64,000 nucleotides of DNA from Eledone cirrhosa. Lineage: Eukaryota. Below the pieces are notes generated by a model. The model ran no database searches and was not told the origin of the DNA. It worked only from the letters and a program-made list of their open reading frames with translations. The stretch spans positions 179,552,001 through 179,616,000 of the forward strand of contig OZ024742.1 in NCBI GenBank assembly GCA_964016885.1, read 5' to 3'. Of this stretch, positions 13,130-26,085 are shown one piece after another. The translations under genes were made by a program, and so were the position numbers. Every line of letters begins with the position of its first letter. Positions within the stretch are counted from its first letter, which is position 1.

Positions 13130-13760
13130 TCTGAATATATATAAAAATGTAGTTTTCTGTATGCGTATGTATGTGTGTGTGGACAATTTTTAATGAGGGC
13201 TCATATATTCTAAACCATTCATGCGATTTTTTTGAAATTTTTTACAGAGCTTCTCCTTGCACAAAACCTGTACATGATCTACAAAGGCTTTCAAAAATCG
13301 ATATTGGGGTCTTTGGAGACATTAAAAAATTTCGGTTATTTGTCTCAATGTTCGTGATTAAGTAAGACAAGAGTTATCTTTCGTCAATAGTTTGTGATTA
13401 AGTAAGACAAGAGTTATCTTTCGTGAATACAATAGGAACTCATTTTTGATGTCAAAAATTTTGTTTGGGGATTTTGATAATTACAATTCAGCTCATTCGG
13501 ATTTTACTTTACTCTTTGTACTTGAAACAAAAGGTTTTACTGTTGTCAAAAAAATGTATACCTAGACTGGATTTCTGATGTTACATGGGATAACGGATGA
13601 CACTGAGCTCACATATTAATTATTTCGCTGGAACAGTGCCTAAGGTTTTCATGTTTACATAAAGTACGTTTTTCTTCTATGTATTTAAATTTACATTGTT
13701 TAGTTTAATGAGCTACATCGAAACTACTTGAACCGTCCAAAGGACGGGTACTTTAGCTAG
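13130..13760 (+). mobile_element. Non-autonomous Helitron
   Basis: 5' TC follows an A. The 3' hairpin CCGTCC-AAA-GGACGG is followed by CTAG and then T, giving an A|T insertion with no TSD. Confidence 0.75.
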
Positions 13761-14085
13761 TATATCTATATATATATATGTGTGTGTGTGTGTGTCGAAC
13801 GCAAGTGACCATAATAATAGTCAATTGCTATGAATAATAGTTGAGAAAATTGGTAAAGTATCTATGGAGACGGTAAAACGTGAACAGAGACGCCTACCTG
13901 GAATTTAACAATACATCTCTCAGCTGCCGTGTGCGTGTGTTAACTACTCCGCTAACAAATCGCTGTTGACCAATCCCGTATTTTTAGAAAATATCAAGCA
14001 TGTAGCTAAAATTGTAAACAAACCGGTTGACCTTTTTCTAATTTGTTTTAATTAGATTTACATATATGTTTTTATCTATTTTTAG

Positions 14086-14250
14086 TGTGACCCAGACAAC
14101 TCCTATCAACAACTTTCTGGATATTGAATTCTCAACAGAACAAAGAACGAAATATGCAAATGTAGAAGACTTGCTATCACATCGTATGGGTTTACCAAAA
14201 AATAACTTCCTACGCCTAAATCTTAATATGACCAGAGAAAACATTCCGCA
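14086..14250 (+). CDS. Beta-lactamase-family gene, exon 2
   Basis: Acceptor TTTTTAG at 14085. Encodes NVEDLLSHRMGL (LLxHxxG motif). Donor GTGGGT at 14251, phases 2/2. Confidence 0.88.
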
Positions 14251-14392
14251 GTGGGTGGAAATTTTACCTAATTCGTTTTATAAATTTTGATTTTGTATTT
14301 GATGTGAAAGGCAATGGATGCGAGATCGGGTGTTGAAACAGATTTTGTTGTAATTTGGGGGAACAATGCCGCTATTCGAAACATATGCACCA

Positions 14393-15125
14393 TTTCTTCT
14401 TCTTCTTCTTGAGAGGGTCGTGGGGGCAGAGTCCTCAATAACTCCTTCCAGCGAGTCCTGTCAAAAGTAACCATCGCCATCTGATCCGACTGGGTCCCCA
14501 AGCAAGATCAGCCGAGCTCATGGATGTTATCCAACCATCTTGCTCCGGTTCTACCCCCCGGATCCCGTGTCGGATGCTTTTGCCCGTGAAATCTGTCCGG
14601 CGATTTTTTTCCTGAGACATTCTAACCATATGCCCATAGTATCGGAGCAGTGATCTATCGATTCGGAAAAGTAGTGGTTCTACATTGAATGATTCTCTGA
14701 TCTTAGAGCGACGCACTCTATCGAGTAAGGTTACTCCAAAGAACCTTCGGAGGAACCCAATTTCGGCATCTTGTATTCGTGATCGTATTCTTTCGGTCAT
14801 TACTCAAGATTCATTACCAGAGGTAAGGGTTGCCACTAATAAATAATGGAAGATAGCGAGTTTGGCTTTTACACTTAGCTCCCTTCTTCTGATTACCGAA
14901 TGCTGAGGCTGGCGCATTACTGCACCAGCTCCTGCAATTCTTACACTTATTTCAGGCTACTGCTTCCATCACTCGTGAACACGGCCCTTAGATTCTTGAA
15001 CTTCTCCACCTGCTTCAGTGGAACTCCATTCATATGTAGGGTGCATTGCGGAGGTTTCCTTGAGAGGACAAGTTTCTCAGTTTTCGCAACACTGATTTTC
15101 ATTTGTCATGCAGCACTCGGCATCA
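14393..15125 (-). mobile_element. RTE LINE 3' fragment with (GAA)n tail
   Basis: RSRIQDAEIGFLRRFFGVTLLDRVR...IRESFNVEPLLFRIDRSLLRYYGH. Related copy at 44470-44950. Confidence 0.8.
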
Positions 15126-15162
15126 ATCCTATCAAGCACTTATTTTATTATTAATCAGATAA

Positions 15163-15365
15163 GCGTGGTGGATTGATAGTATCGGCAGAGCATCGGATAA
15201 CATGCTTTGCAGCATATTGTAACGTCCCTTTATGTCCTGGGTTGAAATCCCACCGAGGTTTGCTTTGCTCTTCACCCTTACGAGGTCGATAAAATAAAGT
15301 ACCAGTAATGCACTGGGGTCGATATAATCGACTTTTCCCTCCCCCAAAATTGCTGGCCTTGTCTC
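15163..15365 (+). mobile_element. tRNA-derived SINE (octopod-type family), diverged copy
   Basis: Degenerate A/B boxes followed by the GTCGATAAAATAAAGTACCAGT core shared with many copies in the window. Confidence 0.75.
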
Positions 15366-15755
15366 TAAATCAAAAACTATTATTAAATAAAGAAATCATT
15401 ATTAATCGGGTAGAGAGGGTGGCGGAGCAATATCATAAGATTGTTCTGGCGCCCTGCGCTCAGAGCCGTTTAGCGATTTATTTATTGATCGCAGGAAATT
15501 ATATATTTAAGTTCATTATACAAATTTGTATAAACATTTGGTATTTTAAGGTTCAGTAATTAACTTCTCTGACGTCTACGCCCTAAGCGGCTACCTAGTA
15601 AACCATAATGGTAGCTGTAGCCCTACACGTTGAACTACTTCCAGCATAATCACATTATCAATTTTAATTTCAATTTAACTTTTTATATTTATTTATAGTA
15701 GTAAATTGATGTTTATAATAGTAAAAACAATTTAATAGAAAAATAAAAAAAATTA

Positions 15756-15923
15756 CCGTATTTCCCGGCGTCGAAGACGCTACTTTTTTCCTAAAATAAA
15801 TCTCAAAAATCTACCATGCGTCCTGGAGACCGAAGGTTGTTTATTATCGTTTTTCAAATGTTTGGTTCTCAAAATTAAGGTGCGTCCTCGAGGACGAAGC
15901 GTCTTCAGTGCCGGGAAATACGG
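15756..15923. mobile_element. Tc1/mariner-superfamily (pogo/Tc2-like) MITE
   Basis: TIRs CCGTATTTCCCGGCGTCGAAGACGC / GCGTCTTCAGTGCCGGGAAATACGG, with TA on both sides. Confidence 0.85.
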
Positions 15924-16211
15924 TATATAATTATTTGTATCTTCAATGTAAACGAATGCGATGTGTCTAATATTTTCTATGTGAATATTTGTTTAAAAAT
16001 GAGTCATTTTATTGCTAGGAGTTATATAGTATAATTCTGGATGTTGCATGTTAGTACGGAGTTGCTTCTAGGGTCTGTTTTTCATTTGTCTACAGAATGA
16101 AATGTAAAAAAATAAAATATTTAAAAAAAACGGAAAAGGAAGGGAAAAGACAAGGACTCTAGTGTCACGGAAATACAATTTTAAGTTTTATTTTCTTACT
16201 ATTTTCATCAG

Positions 16212-16472
16212 GTACATTAAACAGTTCAAACAACATAAAGATTTCCGAACTAGTTTTATATACAACAGTATGATGTATGGTCTGGCAACTTATATTACTG
16301 AGAAACTGACCAAGAAAACCTGGGAAGATGTGGTCACAGAGAAGATTCTTAGGCCTTTAAAAATGTTTGACACAACATTTAGCACAAGATCTGATAAAAA
16401 TAAGACCAACATTGCTATACCTTATATAGAAGATGACAAGGGTTTCATCAGAATACCTGCTTCCTTCAAACG
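16212..16472 (+). CDS. Beta-lactamase-family gene, exon 3 (YxN-equivalent motif)
   Basis: Acceptor CATCAG at 16211. Encodes FRTSFIYNSMMYGLATYITEKLTKKTWEDVVTEKILRPLKMFDTTF. Donor GTAAGT at 16473, phases 2/2. Confidence 0.9.
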
Positions 16473-16936
16473 GTAAGTCCTGCTAAACTTCTTCTAGCAT
16501 GTGAGCATAAAACAGAACATAATCTTCTTCTTCTTCTTCTTCTTCTTCTTGCGTATATGTCTGTGTGTGTGCGCGCGGGAGCGTCTGTGTCGGTGTGTAT
16601 TTGTGGGCAATTATTCGGCATGTGCTTTTTATACATTTGCAGACCCGTATCCCAATGGTTAGGGTGTTTGCTTTCATAATCATAAGGTCATGAGTTCAAT
16701 TTCTGGTCCGATAGGTGTCTTTTCATGCTAGGACGTACCTGGGGATTCTATCATAAAAAAAACTCTTGAGAACCACCGCTGCTCCACGCTTTGAGATGCA
16801 ATCTCGTAAGAGGCTAGCTAAATCTACATAGATATGAACTTTTAACAACATTTTCGGATATGATGCCTAAGAGAAACGCTAATTTATTTTACAGTATTTT
16901 CCAAACCTCGAATTATTATTATTATTATTATTATTA

Positions 16937-19900
16937 CAGTTGCATTTATCTTGCTTTATGTTCATACGAGTTATCACCAAGTCACAACCAGTGACCTCAA
17001 GAGACAACAAGGTCCGCCAGGTTCAAGGAAGAACATACATACTCACACATGCATCTTTAGTGTTTAGACTTGTGATGTACTTATATTGACAGAATCTTCC
17101 TTAGTATATGGGCAGTTCCCATTAGTACTATCTTTTGTATTTCTCCAATACGCGGGTTTCCTGGGATTTGCGATAAGTAATCATTAGACCCCTTAGGTAT
17201 CATTCCCAGAGCGCCTACAACCACTGGTATTGTTTTAGTTCTCAATTTCCACATTTTTCCAATTTCTATCTCCAGGTCCTTATACTTGCTCAATTTTTCA
17301 AATGTTTTTATAGATACATTCTTGTCTATTGGAACAGACATATCAATTAGCAGGCATACACCTCTTTTTAAAGTCCTTCAATATTATATCAGGTCTATTT
17401 GCATCTATTTTTCGGTCTGTTTGGATGCTCAAGTTCCACAAGATTGAGATGTGATCTTTTTCAAGTATGGGAGGTGGTTGATGCTCCCACCAATTCTTTT
17501 GATGGGGCATGTCAAAATGCTTACACATTATCCAATGTATGTATTGTGCAGCTCTGTCATCCCTGTTTAGGTATTCGGTTGGAGCTATAGGACTGCACAT
17601 TGAAATTATATGGTCAATGGTCTCTGGTTGTTTTTTGCATACACGGCATAATGAGCTGCACCCATTTTTTATTATGTTGGCTTGGTAATTTTTTGTTGGC
17701 AGACACTGATCTTGTGCCGATATCAGTCCTTCAGTCTCCGATTTCAGTCCAGAGGATGCCAACCACTGATGGGTTAAAGTTTTGTCAAAATCAGGATTGT
17801 TAGCACGCTCTGGGTATTTTCCATACAGAGGCTTTTCTTGCCATTTCTTAGCCAGTTTCTGTAGCAGTTCTTTCTTTGCAGTTACTTTTACCTGCTTTGC
17901 TTTTTCTGTGTTTTCCATTTCAGCAGTAAATGGGACTTCTGAAATTTGTAGTCCATTACTGTATCTTTGTGCATCTTTTGTAATGGAATATGATCTTTTG
18001 ATGCTTTCGTGTTTCAAAACGAGTTTGATCATCCAATCATGTGATTCCCTTAGATATGTAGATAATCCAATTGTTGCAGTTTTCAACGCAATGTCTAACT
18101 GGATAAACCCACGTCCTCCTTCTTTCCTAGGGAGATATATTCTATCTATATCTGCCTTAGGGTGATGCATTCTGTGCATGGTTAAGAATTTTCGGATTTT
18201 TGTATCGAGCCTACGGATCTCTGTGCTTGACCAGTTGATGACATTGTAACTGTAGCTTACTACTGGTATGGCAAGCGTGTTTATGGCATCGATCCTATTC
18301 CTTGCATTCAATTCCGTTCTTAAGATTGCTCTTACTCTGCGGTAACATTCCTTCATTATCCTTTCCCTCATTGTCAAGTGCTTGATTCCGTCTCCTTCAC
18401 AAACACCTAGATATTTGTAAGTTTTTTCTTGATCAAGTTCTCTTATCACGTTCCCCCGATCAAGATTAATGTCTGAACTCTTCAGCAGCTTTCCTCTGGT
18501 GAACGTTGCTTTGGCGCATTTATCTAGTCCAAACTCCATTTTAATGTCATCACTGAACTGCTTCACAGTGGATAATCACCCTTGCAATTGTTCATCATTT
18601 TTTGCAAATAGTTTCAGGTCATCCATGTAGAACAGGTGATTAATGGTTTTGTCATAGACTTTATATCCATGTTTTGTTTCATTGAGCATTTTACTTAATG
18701 GTATAAGTGCGATGCAGAATAAAAGCGGTGATAAAGAGTCACCCTGAAAAATTCCACAATTAATATTAACTTCTTCAGCTTCCAGTGATTTTGTTTCACT
18801 ATTCAAAAGGAGTGTCGTTTTCCATGTCTTCATACTGAATGACAAAAATCTCCTGACAACGGGGGATATTTTGAAAATCTCTAAACATTTTTCAATCCAA
18901 CTGTGTGGCAAACTATCGAATGCTTTTTTATAATCTATCCAACCAATCGATAGATTTTTGTGTCTATTATGACAATCATCCAGTATCATTTTGTTAACCA
19001 GAAGCTGATCCTTACAGCCATATGAGCCTCGTTTACACCCTTTCTGCTCAATGGGAAATAGGTCATTTGTTATCAGGTGGTCATATGTGTATTCAGTTAG
19101 GACTGATGTTAAAATTTTATATATTGTGGTCAAGCAAGTTATCGGTCTGTAATTTTTGGGATTGTTTGTCTCATCATTCTTCGGAAGCAAGAATGTAATG
19201 CCGTTAACTAGCCATGATGGTATCTTTTCTGGCTCCTTAACTATTTCATTGTAAAGTTGGGCTAACAGCTCATGAGACTCTGTGAAGGCATTTATCCAAA
19301 AGTTTTGTATTTTGTCTTTTCCTGGGGATTTCCATTTGCTGGTTTTTCTTAGAGCCAAGCGCAACTGTTCAACTGTTATATTTTCCCATGTTTGTTCCTC
19401 AAGGTGAGCTGTATCTTTCATTTGTCTGTCTATCCATGGGGCATGTATGTTATGAACTTTTTCTTCGGCCCAGATCTTTTTCCAGAATTCTTGCACTTCC
19501 TCCTTGGGTGGTATTGATTTAGCAGTTATTGTTGACTTACCAATTTTTCTGTAGAAGTTTCTTTGGTTGTTTTTGAACATATTATTGTCCTTATAGAATC
19601 TAGATCGTTTTTCAAAGCGCCTTATACGAGCAGCTTTGGCGGACACTTTTTGCTTGATTATTTCTATCAGCATGTCTATGTCACATGTTGATTTTATACT
19701 GTACTTTTTTTTCAATTTTCTAAGTTTAGTTTGTTTAACATGTTCACCTACTTTATAGTTTGTTAAAATTTCTATGTCAGATCGGAGAAGGTTTATTTGG
19801 CGATTGATGTTCTCTTGCCAAGTAGATTTCTTGTGGGAATTCCTTTGTTTTTTCATCTTCACTCCACATAAGTGAGTGGTGACTTTAGCCGATGCATAAT

Positions 19901-20910
19901 AGAAATGATTTAAATCAGTAATGTTTAGTTTGTTTGTGATGATAATGTTTTTGAGAATTATGTTAGTCTTGTGTATTATCTTTTGGTTCTGTTTGGAGTT
20001 CTGGATCTTAGGGAGGGTGTCTCGTTGCCCCATGTCAGGTTCTTTCATTTTCATCCATTCGATCATAATTTCATCCTTCAAGTTGGCAAGTTCATTCTCA
20101 TTCATTTCTTTATCATTTACGATCTCATTATTTTCATTTGGAGTTTCATCCTGAGCATGCACTCCCTCCACTTTTTCGATCCTTTCTTTAATTTGTTCTG
20201 TTGCCAGTGATTCCGCCCCAACCCTGGGGTTCGAAGTGTTACAGTTTACCTCGTTTTCACTGACACATGTTTCATTTTCCCTTTGCTGACTTTGTGCTAA
20301 TAGCTTGATCTGATCAATTTCTATATCAGTTAGTAACTTTTTTCTTACAATATTTCTTCGTATATTGGCTAGTTTGTTACTGTCAATATAGCCTCTGTTT
20401 TCGGGATGTTTCTTTTTCCAGTTGATATATGTCTGTTCTGTATTCGATGTATTTGATGGGTAGTACATGGCATTGTAGAAAGCCTCAAGGACTTCTTTAT
20501 TATCTTCCCTTGACCATTTTTCTCTCTTTTTCTTTGGATTTCTTGGTGGTGAGCATGGAGGGCCAACAGTAGGAGTATTCCGGTTATGGGAGGTCTCCAG
20601 CTCCGAAGTGATGGGAAGGTTTGAACCATTAGCTGATTTTTCGACCCCAGTCTGGTTCCTCTCTGAGGGACGCGGCCCTTTTTTACCCGGGTGACGGCCG
20701 ATCCGGTATGAGATTTTATCATTAGACATTTACTTTATTTTGTCGCGTTTTATCCTTATCCGCCAAGGGGTAATCATTTCGTGTTACCACTTCTAGAACG
20801 AGTGTCAACCAAGACTAGAGGGGTCGTTCTCCCCTAGAGACACGGCTATTCCCCGACAGCCGCCATCCCGGTATTTCTTGGTCACGGGGTTTTCTTTTTG
20901 TTATTTCTTT
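16937..20910 (-). mobile_element. Near full-length R4/Dong-clade non-LTR retrotransposon (RT + CCHC + RLE), inactivated
   Basis: Single long ORF 20729-17081 with QGDSLSPLLF, YMDDLKL, CRVC...HIISMC and RPD...KLSKYKDL. It has an in-frame TGA at 18576-18578 and a frameshift near 17360. The 3' end abuts (TAA)n, the known Dong target. Confidence 0.9.
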
Positions 20911-21866
20911 AAATTGTTATTATCATGAGTGGTTCCTTAATGTGAGCATTGCGTGGCTTAAGAATGAAATTATTAATAATTGTCTCCACTCCAGGCACAA
21001 GGCCAGCAATCACCCAGTGCATTACAATAATATAATATACTTTTTGTTGCAGTTGGCTGTTATTGTTGTTGGCTATGTCGGTGGTGGTGCCGGGGCTTTT
21101 TATATTGTTGGTGAGGAAGGGGTGAGCCAGCAGTCCCATAGTTGTTGATGTTGACGTTTGGCCGGTGGCCAGGTCACTAAGTCAATCTATTTATATCTTT
21201 TGCTAGCCTCTCCCTTGTCTAGTGATACCGCCACCTTCCCCTTTCTCTCTCAAGTTAACAGGGAAATAGTGGTGGTAGCATTGAAGGAGTGGTGGCGGCG
21301 ACGATGGGATAGTGGTAGCAATGATGGATGGGCTGGGGTGGTGGCAGCGGTGGCGTTGTGGTTACTGATATGTAGTATCTATGAGTTTGTGTTCGTATGT
21401 TTAATATATATTTTTATTATATTTTGTGTTGACATATTCCCGTAAAATTGGAATTAAACATTTTTTTAAAATTTGAGACAATAATAATAGTAATTATTAT
21501 TATGATGCTGGTGAAATTGCCGTTATCTGGCTGTTATATTTAGTGTGATGGGATAGGTGGTGTATCAAGTTTCTGGTGTTGGTGAAATTGCTGTTATTTG
21601 GCTGTTCTATATAGTGTAGACAGAGGGTGTTTTTTCCCCATTTATAACCATTTTCTTTTTTGAATACAAAATATATAATACAAAATTGAATATTTGAGTG
21701 ATACAACAATATAATATGGATCCGAAACTTTTGGGACCTGATTCGATGGTTTATGCAACATTTGTACTAAGAATTGTTATTTCACAATTGATTTAAATAT
21801 GTTAAAAATCAAAAAACTTACGGGAGCGATATCATGACCTTTTACCACCTCGTGCGTCTTCTTCCC

Positions 21867-21922
<56 letters not shown>

Positions 21923-22300
21923 GTTCTTTGAGTCTCAGTCATTGATGTTATTTAACTGGAAAGTTTGTTGAAATTAATACCAAGCTGCTACCTGCAGCCT
22001 CAGATATTCAGGACGTATCGGAGGGTTCTTGCTGTTCCCAGCAAGCATGCCTTTTGAAGTGTTCCAAAAAGCGGGGCTGGACTAATCTTCTTTAACCATC
22101 CCTGGAAACTCCTTGAGATAGTACCTAGTGCGTCTATGACAATCGGGACCACTTTGACTTCATGGCAGTTACAAATCCTTTTTACCTCCCACTTTAAGTC
22201 CTGGTATCGTTTAATTTTCTCCCTCTCCTTCTCTTGCACTCTCGTGTCGAATGGGCAGGCCACATCCACAATCAGGCACGATCTTTTTTCCTTGTCCAAA
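21923..22300 (-). mobile_element. R4/Dong-like 3' fragment (RLE domain) inside (TAA)n
   Basis: CLIVDVACPFD...EKIKRYQDLK...VVPIVIDALG...LQKACLLGTARTLRYVL, with (TTA)n tracts on both sides. Confidence 0.85.
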
Positions 22301-22304
22301 TATA

Positions 22305-22335
<31 letters not shown>

Positions 22336-22336
<1 letters not shown>

Positions 22337-24022
22337 GCTGGAGCTGTTGCAGGGCATCCCGCTTGAACCGGGACGTGGAAAGGCGGTGTCGGCGTATGCG
22401 GACGACATCACCATGATGGTGTCGAAAACCTCAGAAATCGAGGTGGTCGGCACCTTATTGAAGGAATATGAAAGGTTGACAGGAGCCAAACTTAATCCGG
22501 AAAAGTCGGTGGGCTTGCAGCTCGGAGCCTGGAGCCAACAGCGTCGTGGGGCGCTGGACGGACGGACCGGTAAAGTTGCTCGGGGTTTGGTTCGGACCAG
22601 ACCTCCAAGTGGAAAAGAATTGGGACGAGGTAACGAGCAGAGTAGCCAGTCTCACCCAAAAATGGGCTGGGAGGAAGCTATCACTGAAAGGTCGCGCGGA
22701 GGTGGCGAATGCGTACATCGCGTCCGTCATCTATTACCGCCTGACCGTTGTGCCTTGCCCCCATCTGCGCTCGTCAAGCTGGAACGGCTCCTCTTCAAAT
22801 TCTTGTGGAGGGGACAAGTTCCGTTGGTGAGGCGGTCCATCTGCTGCCAGCACCCTCTACGCGGAGGGCTGGGCATGCCGTGGCTAATGATGCGCAGACA
22901 TGCATTGAGGCTGCGACATCTCCAGATATTCTGCCTCAACGGTGAATAGGTGTGGTCGCCGTTTATCAGACGGGCCTTTCGGCAGCTCATTTCTTTGAGC
23001 TGCAGTCCTGGGTCAAGAAGAAACCGAGACTGGGTGACTGGCACCTGGAATATTGCCAGGCACTCACTGCCCTCTACCAAGCGGGCAATGCGATCAGTGG
23101 AACTTCCACTCTCGAGTTCTATAGAGGATTACTGGTGGGCAAGTGCGATGACGCACTCGGAGAAGCTTTGGGCCTCGACGAAGTCGAACTGACCAGTCTG
23201 TATCGGAGGACTTTTGAGCCGAGGACGATGGACAATTTCCAGAAATCCCTCGCTTGGCAGTGCTACCGGGGGGCACTGCCGGTTCGGGATAAACTCTACA
23301 GGCACGGAAGTGCTGTCAGACGGACCTGCCCAAGATGCTCACAGAACGACGAAACCGTTCTGCACGCACTTGTCCAATGTTCCTGCATTACTGACTTGTG
23401 GAGTTATGTCGTACAGCTACTGTCGCGTGTGGAACGAATCCGGCTATCGGCCGAGTCCATAGTGAAGATCGATCCACCGCCTTCCTTAGGTCAGGAAGAG
23501 CAGGAAATTTTCCTCTGTCTGGTGGCAGTTGCGAAAGAGATTATATGGTGGACCAGGTTGAAAGGACTAAAGACAGACACTTTGTCTCTTCGGCAAATCC
23601 CTCATCAACTTCTTCAAGTTTTACCTGGAAAGGAAGGTGAGGGTGGAGAGAGAAGTGCTGCCCCCCAGTACATTTGCTAAAAGGTGGGTGAATGTGGCGA
23701 GAATGGCTCGTGTGAACGGGCCTACTCTGACCATGCGCCTATAGGCTAGCTAACTTGAGGAGAGGGGTGCTCTCTCTGGGTGCCCTAGAAGCGCAGGGTG
23801 GTTCAGGATTGGTGGGGTACCCGAATCACCCCAGGGTCGTCCAACCCCTATCGGGGGAATTTATTTTGTTATATTTATGCATAGTTTATTTTATATTTTT
23901 ATATTTTCATTGTTAAATTAGTCTTGCCATTGTGCACTTTTACTCGACCTTATTGTAAACCCCCACTGTCCCTGTCTTTGTATTGTCCCCTACATGTCGG
24001 CCCTTGTGGCTAATAAATGAAA

Positions 24023-24025
<3 letters not shown>
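22336..24025 (+). mobile_element. 5'-truncated L1/Tx1-clade LINE, disrupted
   Basis: SAYADDI RT motif, GGLG motif and CPRC...ETVLHALVQC finger, with several frameshifts and a stop. The 3' AATAAATGAAATC is followed by (ATT)n. Confidence 0.85.
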
Positions 24026-24063
<38 letters not shown>

Positions 24064-24105
24064 TTGCAGTCTTTTATTTTCTTTAACATTTTTGTATTTT
24101 TACAG

Positions 24106-24329
24106 GAAATGGGGCCGAATAGGAGGCTCCGGTGCAATACAAACGTCCGCTAATGATATGTCGAAATGGATGAAGTTTCTCCTCAACGGGAACACTTCGT
24201 TTCTATGCAATCTTTTCGGAACTCGAAATTTTGGAATACAAACTACAACAGTGTTTCGTCGACCCGAGATGCCAGTTTCATATAGTGATGACCAATATGC
24301 ACTTGGATGGAAAAAAGGTTATTACAGAG
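24106..24329 (+). CDS. Beta-lactamase-family gene, exon 4
   Basis: Acceptor TTTTTACAG at 24105. Encodes GGSGAIQTSANDMSKWMKFLLNG...YALGW. Donor GTTAGT at 24330, phases 2/1. Confidence 0.9.
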
Positions 24330-24427
24330 GTTAGTTCAAAATTTTAAACTTGCTTTGTTTTATATTATTGATTTCTTGTGAAATGGACCTCAGTTATTCG
24401 GTCATCTGAACAGCCTGATCGTGAAAT

Positions 24428-24605
24428 TAATTGTTTCTACTTTTGGCACAAGGCCAGCAATTATTTCAGTATATTACTGGTACTTTATTTTATTGACCCC
24501 GTAAGGATGAAAGGCAAAGTTAACCTCGGCGGGATTTGAACTCAGATCGTAAAGGGACATAACTATGCTGGAAAGCATGTCCGACACTCTACCGATACCG
24601 CCAAC
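24428..24605 (-). mobile_element. tRNA-derived SINE (octopod-type family)
   Basis: Minus-strand A box TGGCGGTATCGG and B box GAGTTCAAATCC. Same family as 34540, 46375, 47050, 48366, 49820, 50035, 54580 (minus) and 15163, 43495 (plus). Confidence 0.85.
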
Positions 24606-25030
24606 GGGCAAGTGGCAAAGCATTCCACAAACATTTGTGCACTTTTATCTAATTCTTAGTGGGATCCAGCGTGAGAAAGTGTGACAAGGTGAGGTTCATT
24701 TTGCATTATAATGTTGAACATTCTACGGAACGTGTACCCCTTAACGTTCATCTCAGAGCAATTCTGCATGACAGCGTGACAAGGATGACCCTTTGAATTG
24801 TAGACAGACTCCATCTTGTACTATGACGCAAATGGCTGAGTATTCCACGGACACGGCAATTCGACATGATAGTGTGACAAAGCTGGCCCTTTGAATTATA
24901 GGTAAATTCGAACTTGTTTTATGGTACAAATGGCTGGGTATTCAACATACTCGTGTGCTCTTAACGTAATTCTAAAGGAGATTTGTGACACAGTGTGGCC
25001 CTTTAAATTTTAAGTACAGTCCATCTAATT
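24606..25030 (-). repeat. Degenerate tandem copies of the body of a second SINE family
   Basis: Recurring AATGGCTGAGTATTC...GTGTGACAAGG...CCCTTTGAATT blocks, complementary to 44000-44130. Confidence 0.55.
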
Positions 25031-25519
25031 TTACTTACAAGACTAGGATAGACGCGAGGAAAGAGTAAATGGCACTTGCTCGTGATCTTAAGATTACGAA
25101 GAGTACGTCTTAACCATTCGCCGATTCTGCATCCACCCATTTCTTGCATTGTCAAAGGACACACTGTTGCAATGGTATTCCCTCCAGTAGTTAAAGAGCA
25201 ACATCCATGTTTCTTTTTAGGGCTTCCGATACTGTTGAAAGGGTGGGAGAGAGGAGTATATTCTCGAAACGGAAACCTAATCTGAATTTTTATTATAGGG
25301 CAAACTCGACTAAAGGCACAAATAGATCAGGTGATCGTGGTAAACCTGTCGACAGATAAAGTCTACTACCCACATAGGACACGGGCTGGATTTCAACACA
25401 AAGTTTAAAAAACCAGAACAAACACAGCTATATCTCATACAACGCTCAAATAATATATCATTTACATATAAATTCAATTTTTTGTTATTCTTTTCAATAT
25501 ATATTTGTTTTATTTATAG

Positions 25520-26085
25520 GATATCCTATTATAGAGCATACTGGATCAAACTGGGGTAATAATATGCTGTTGACCCTATTCCCCCAAGAAAAACTAGGAA
25601 TTTTCGTCGCTCTTACAGGCTCAGATTCCCAAGTCTTCAAACGAGTATTATTAATGCAATATGTAGCGGATCTTTACCTAGGTGTTAATCCCTGGATAAA
25701 TGCAACTTCGATCAAGGATTTCAAACCACCAAAATATGAACCCACGTGTTCTAACACACTTAAAGAAAAAATGGGTAACATTATTATAAAGAATCCAAAT
25801 ATTCTCAATTTCGATGGAACCTACAATAATCCTTTATGGGGAAATGTTTATGTGAGGTTCGACAAGTCGTCGAGAAGACTGTTGTTCACTTACGGTTTTG
25901 TAACGTTTCAGTTATTTCCAAAAAATCGAATGCTTAGTTCTTACACAGCAAGAGGAGTTGGAGAAATGCGATTCCTAGAATTGTCTTCGGTGTATTTCGA
26001 AATTTGCTCAAGACGAGGTGTGGTATCCATTACTATTCCATCCTTCGAGAAGTTAATGCCACCAACGTTTGTGAAAATAAATTAA
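25520..26085 (+). CDS. Beta-lactamase-family gene, exon 5 (HTG motif, DUF3471-like C-terminal domain, stop)
   Basis: Acceptor TTTATAG at 25519, phase 1. Encodes GYPIIEHTGSNWG...LFPQEKLGIFVALT and FDGTYNNPLWGNVYV, with TAA at 26083. The spliced CDS is 1569 nt (522 aa) from ATG 9126. Confidence 0.9.

Noticed and set aside
13890-13958. tRNA-like sequence on the minus strand
   Set aside because: Degenerate boxes and no full cloverleaf; more likely a SINE head relic.
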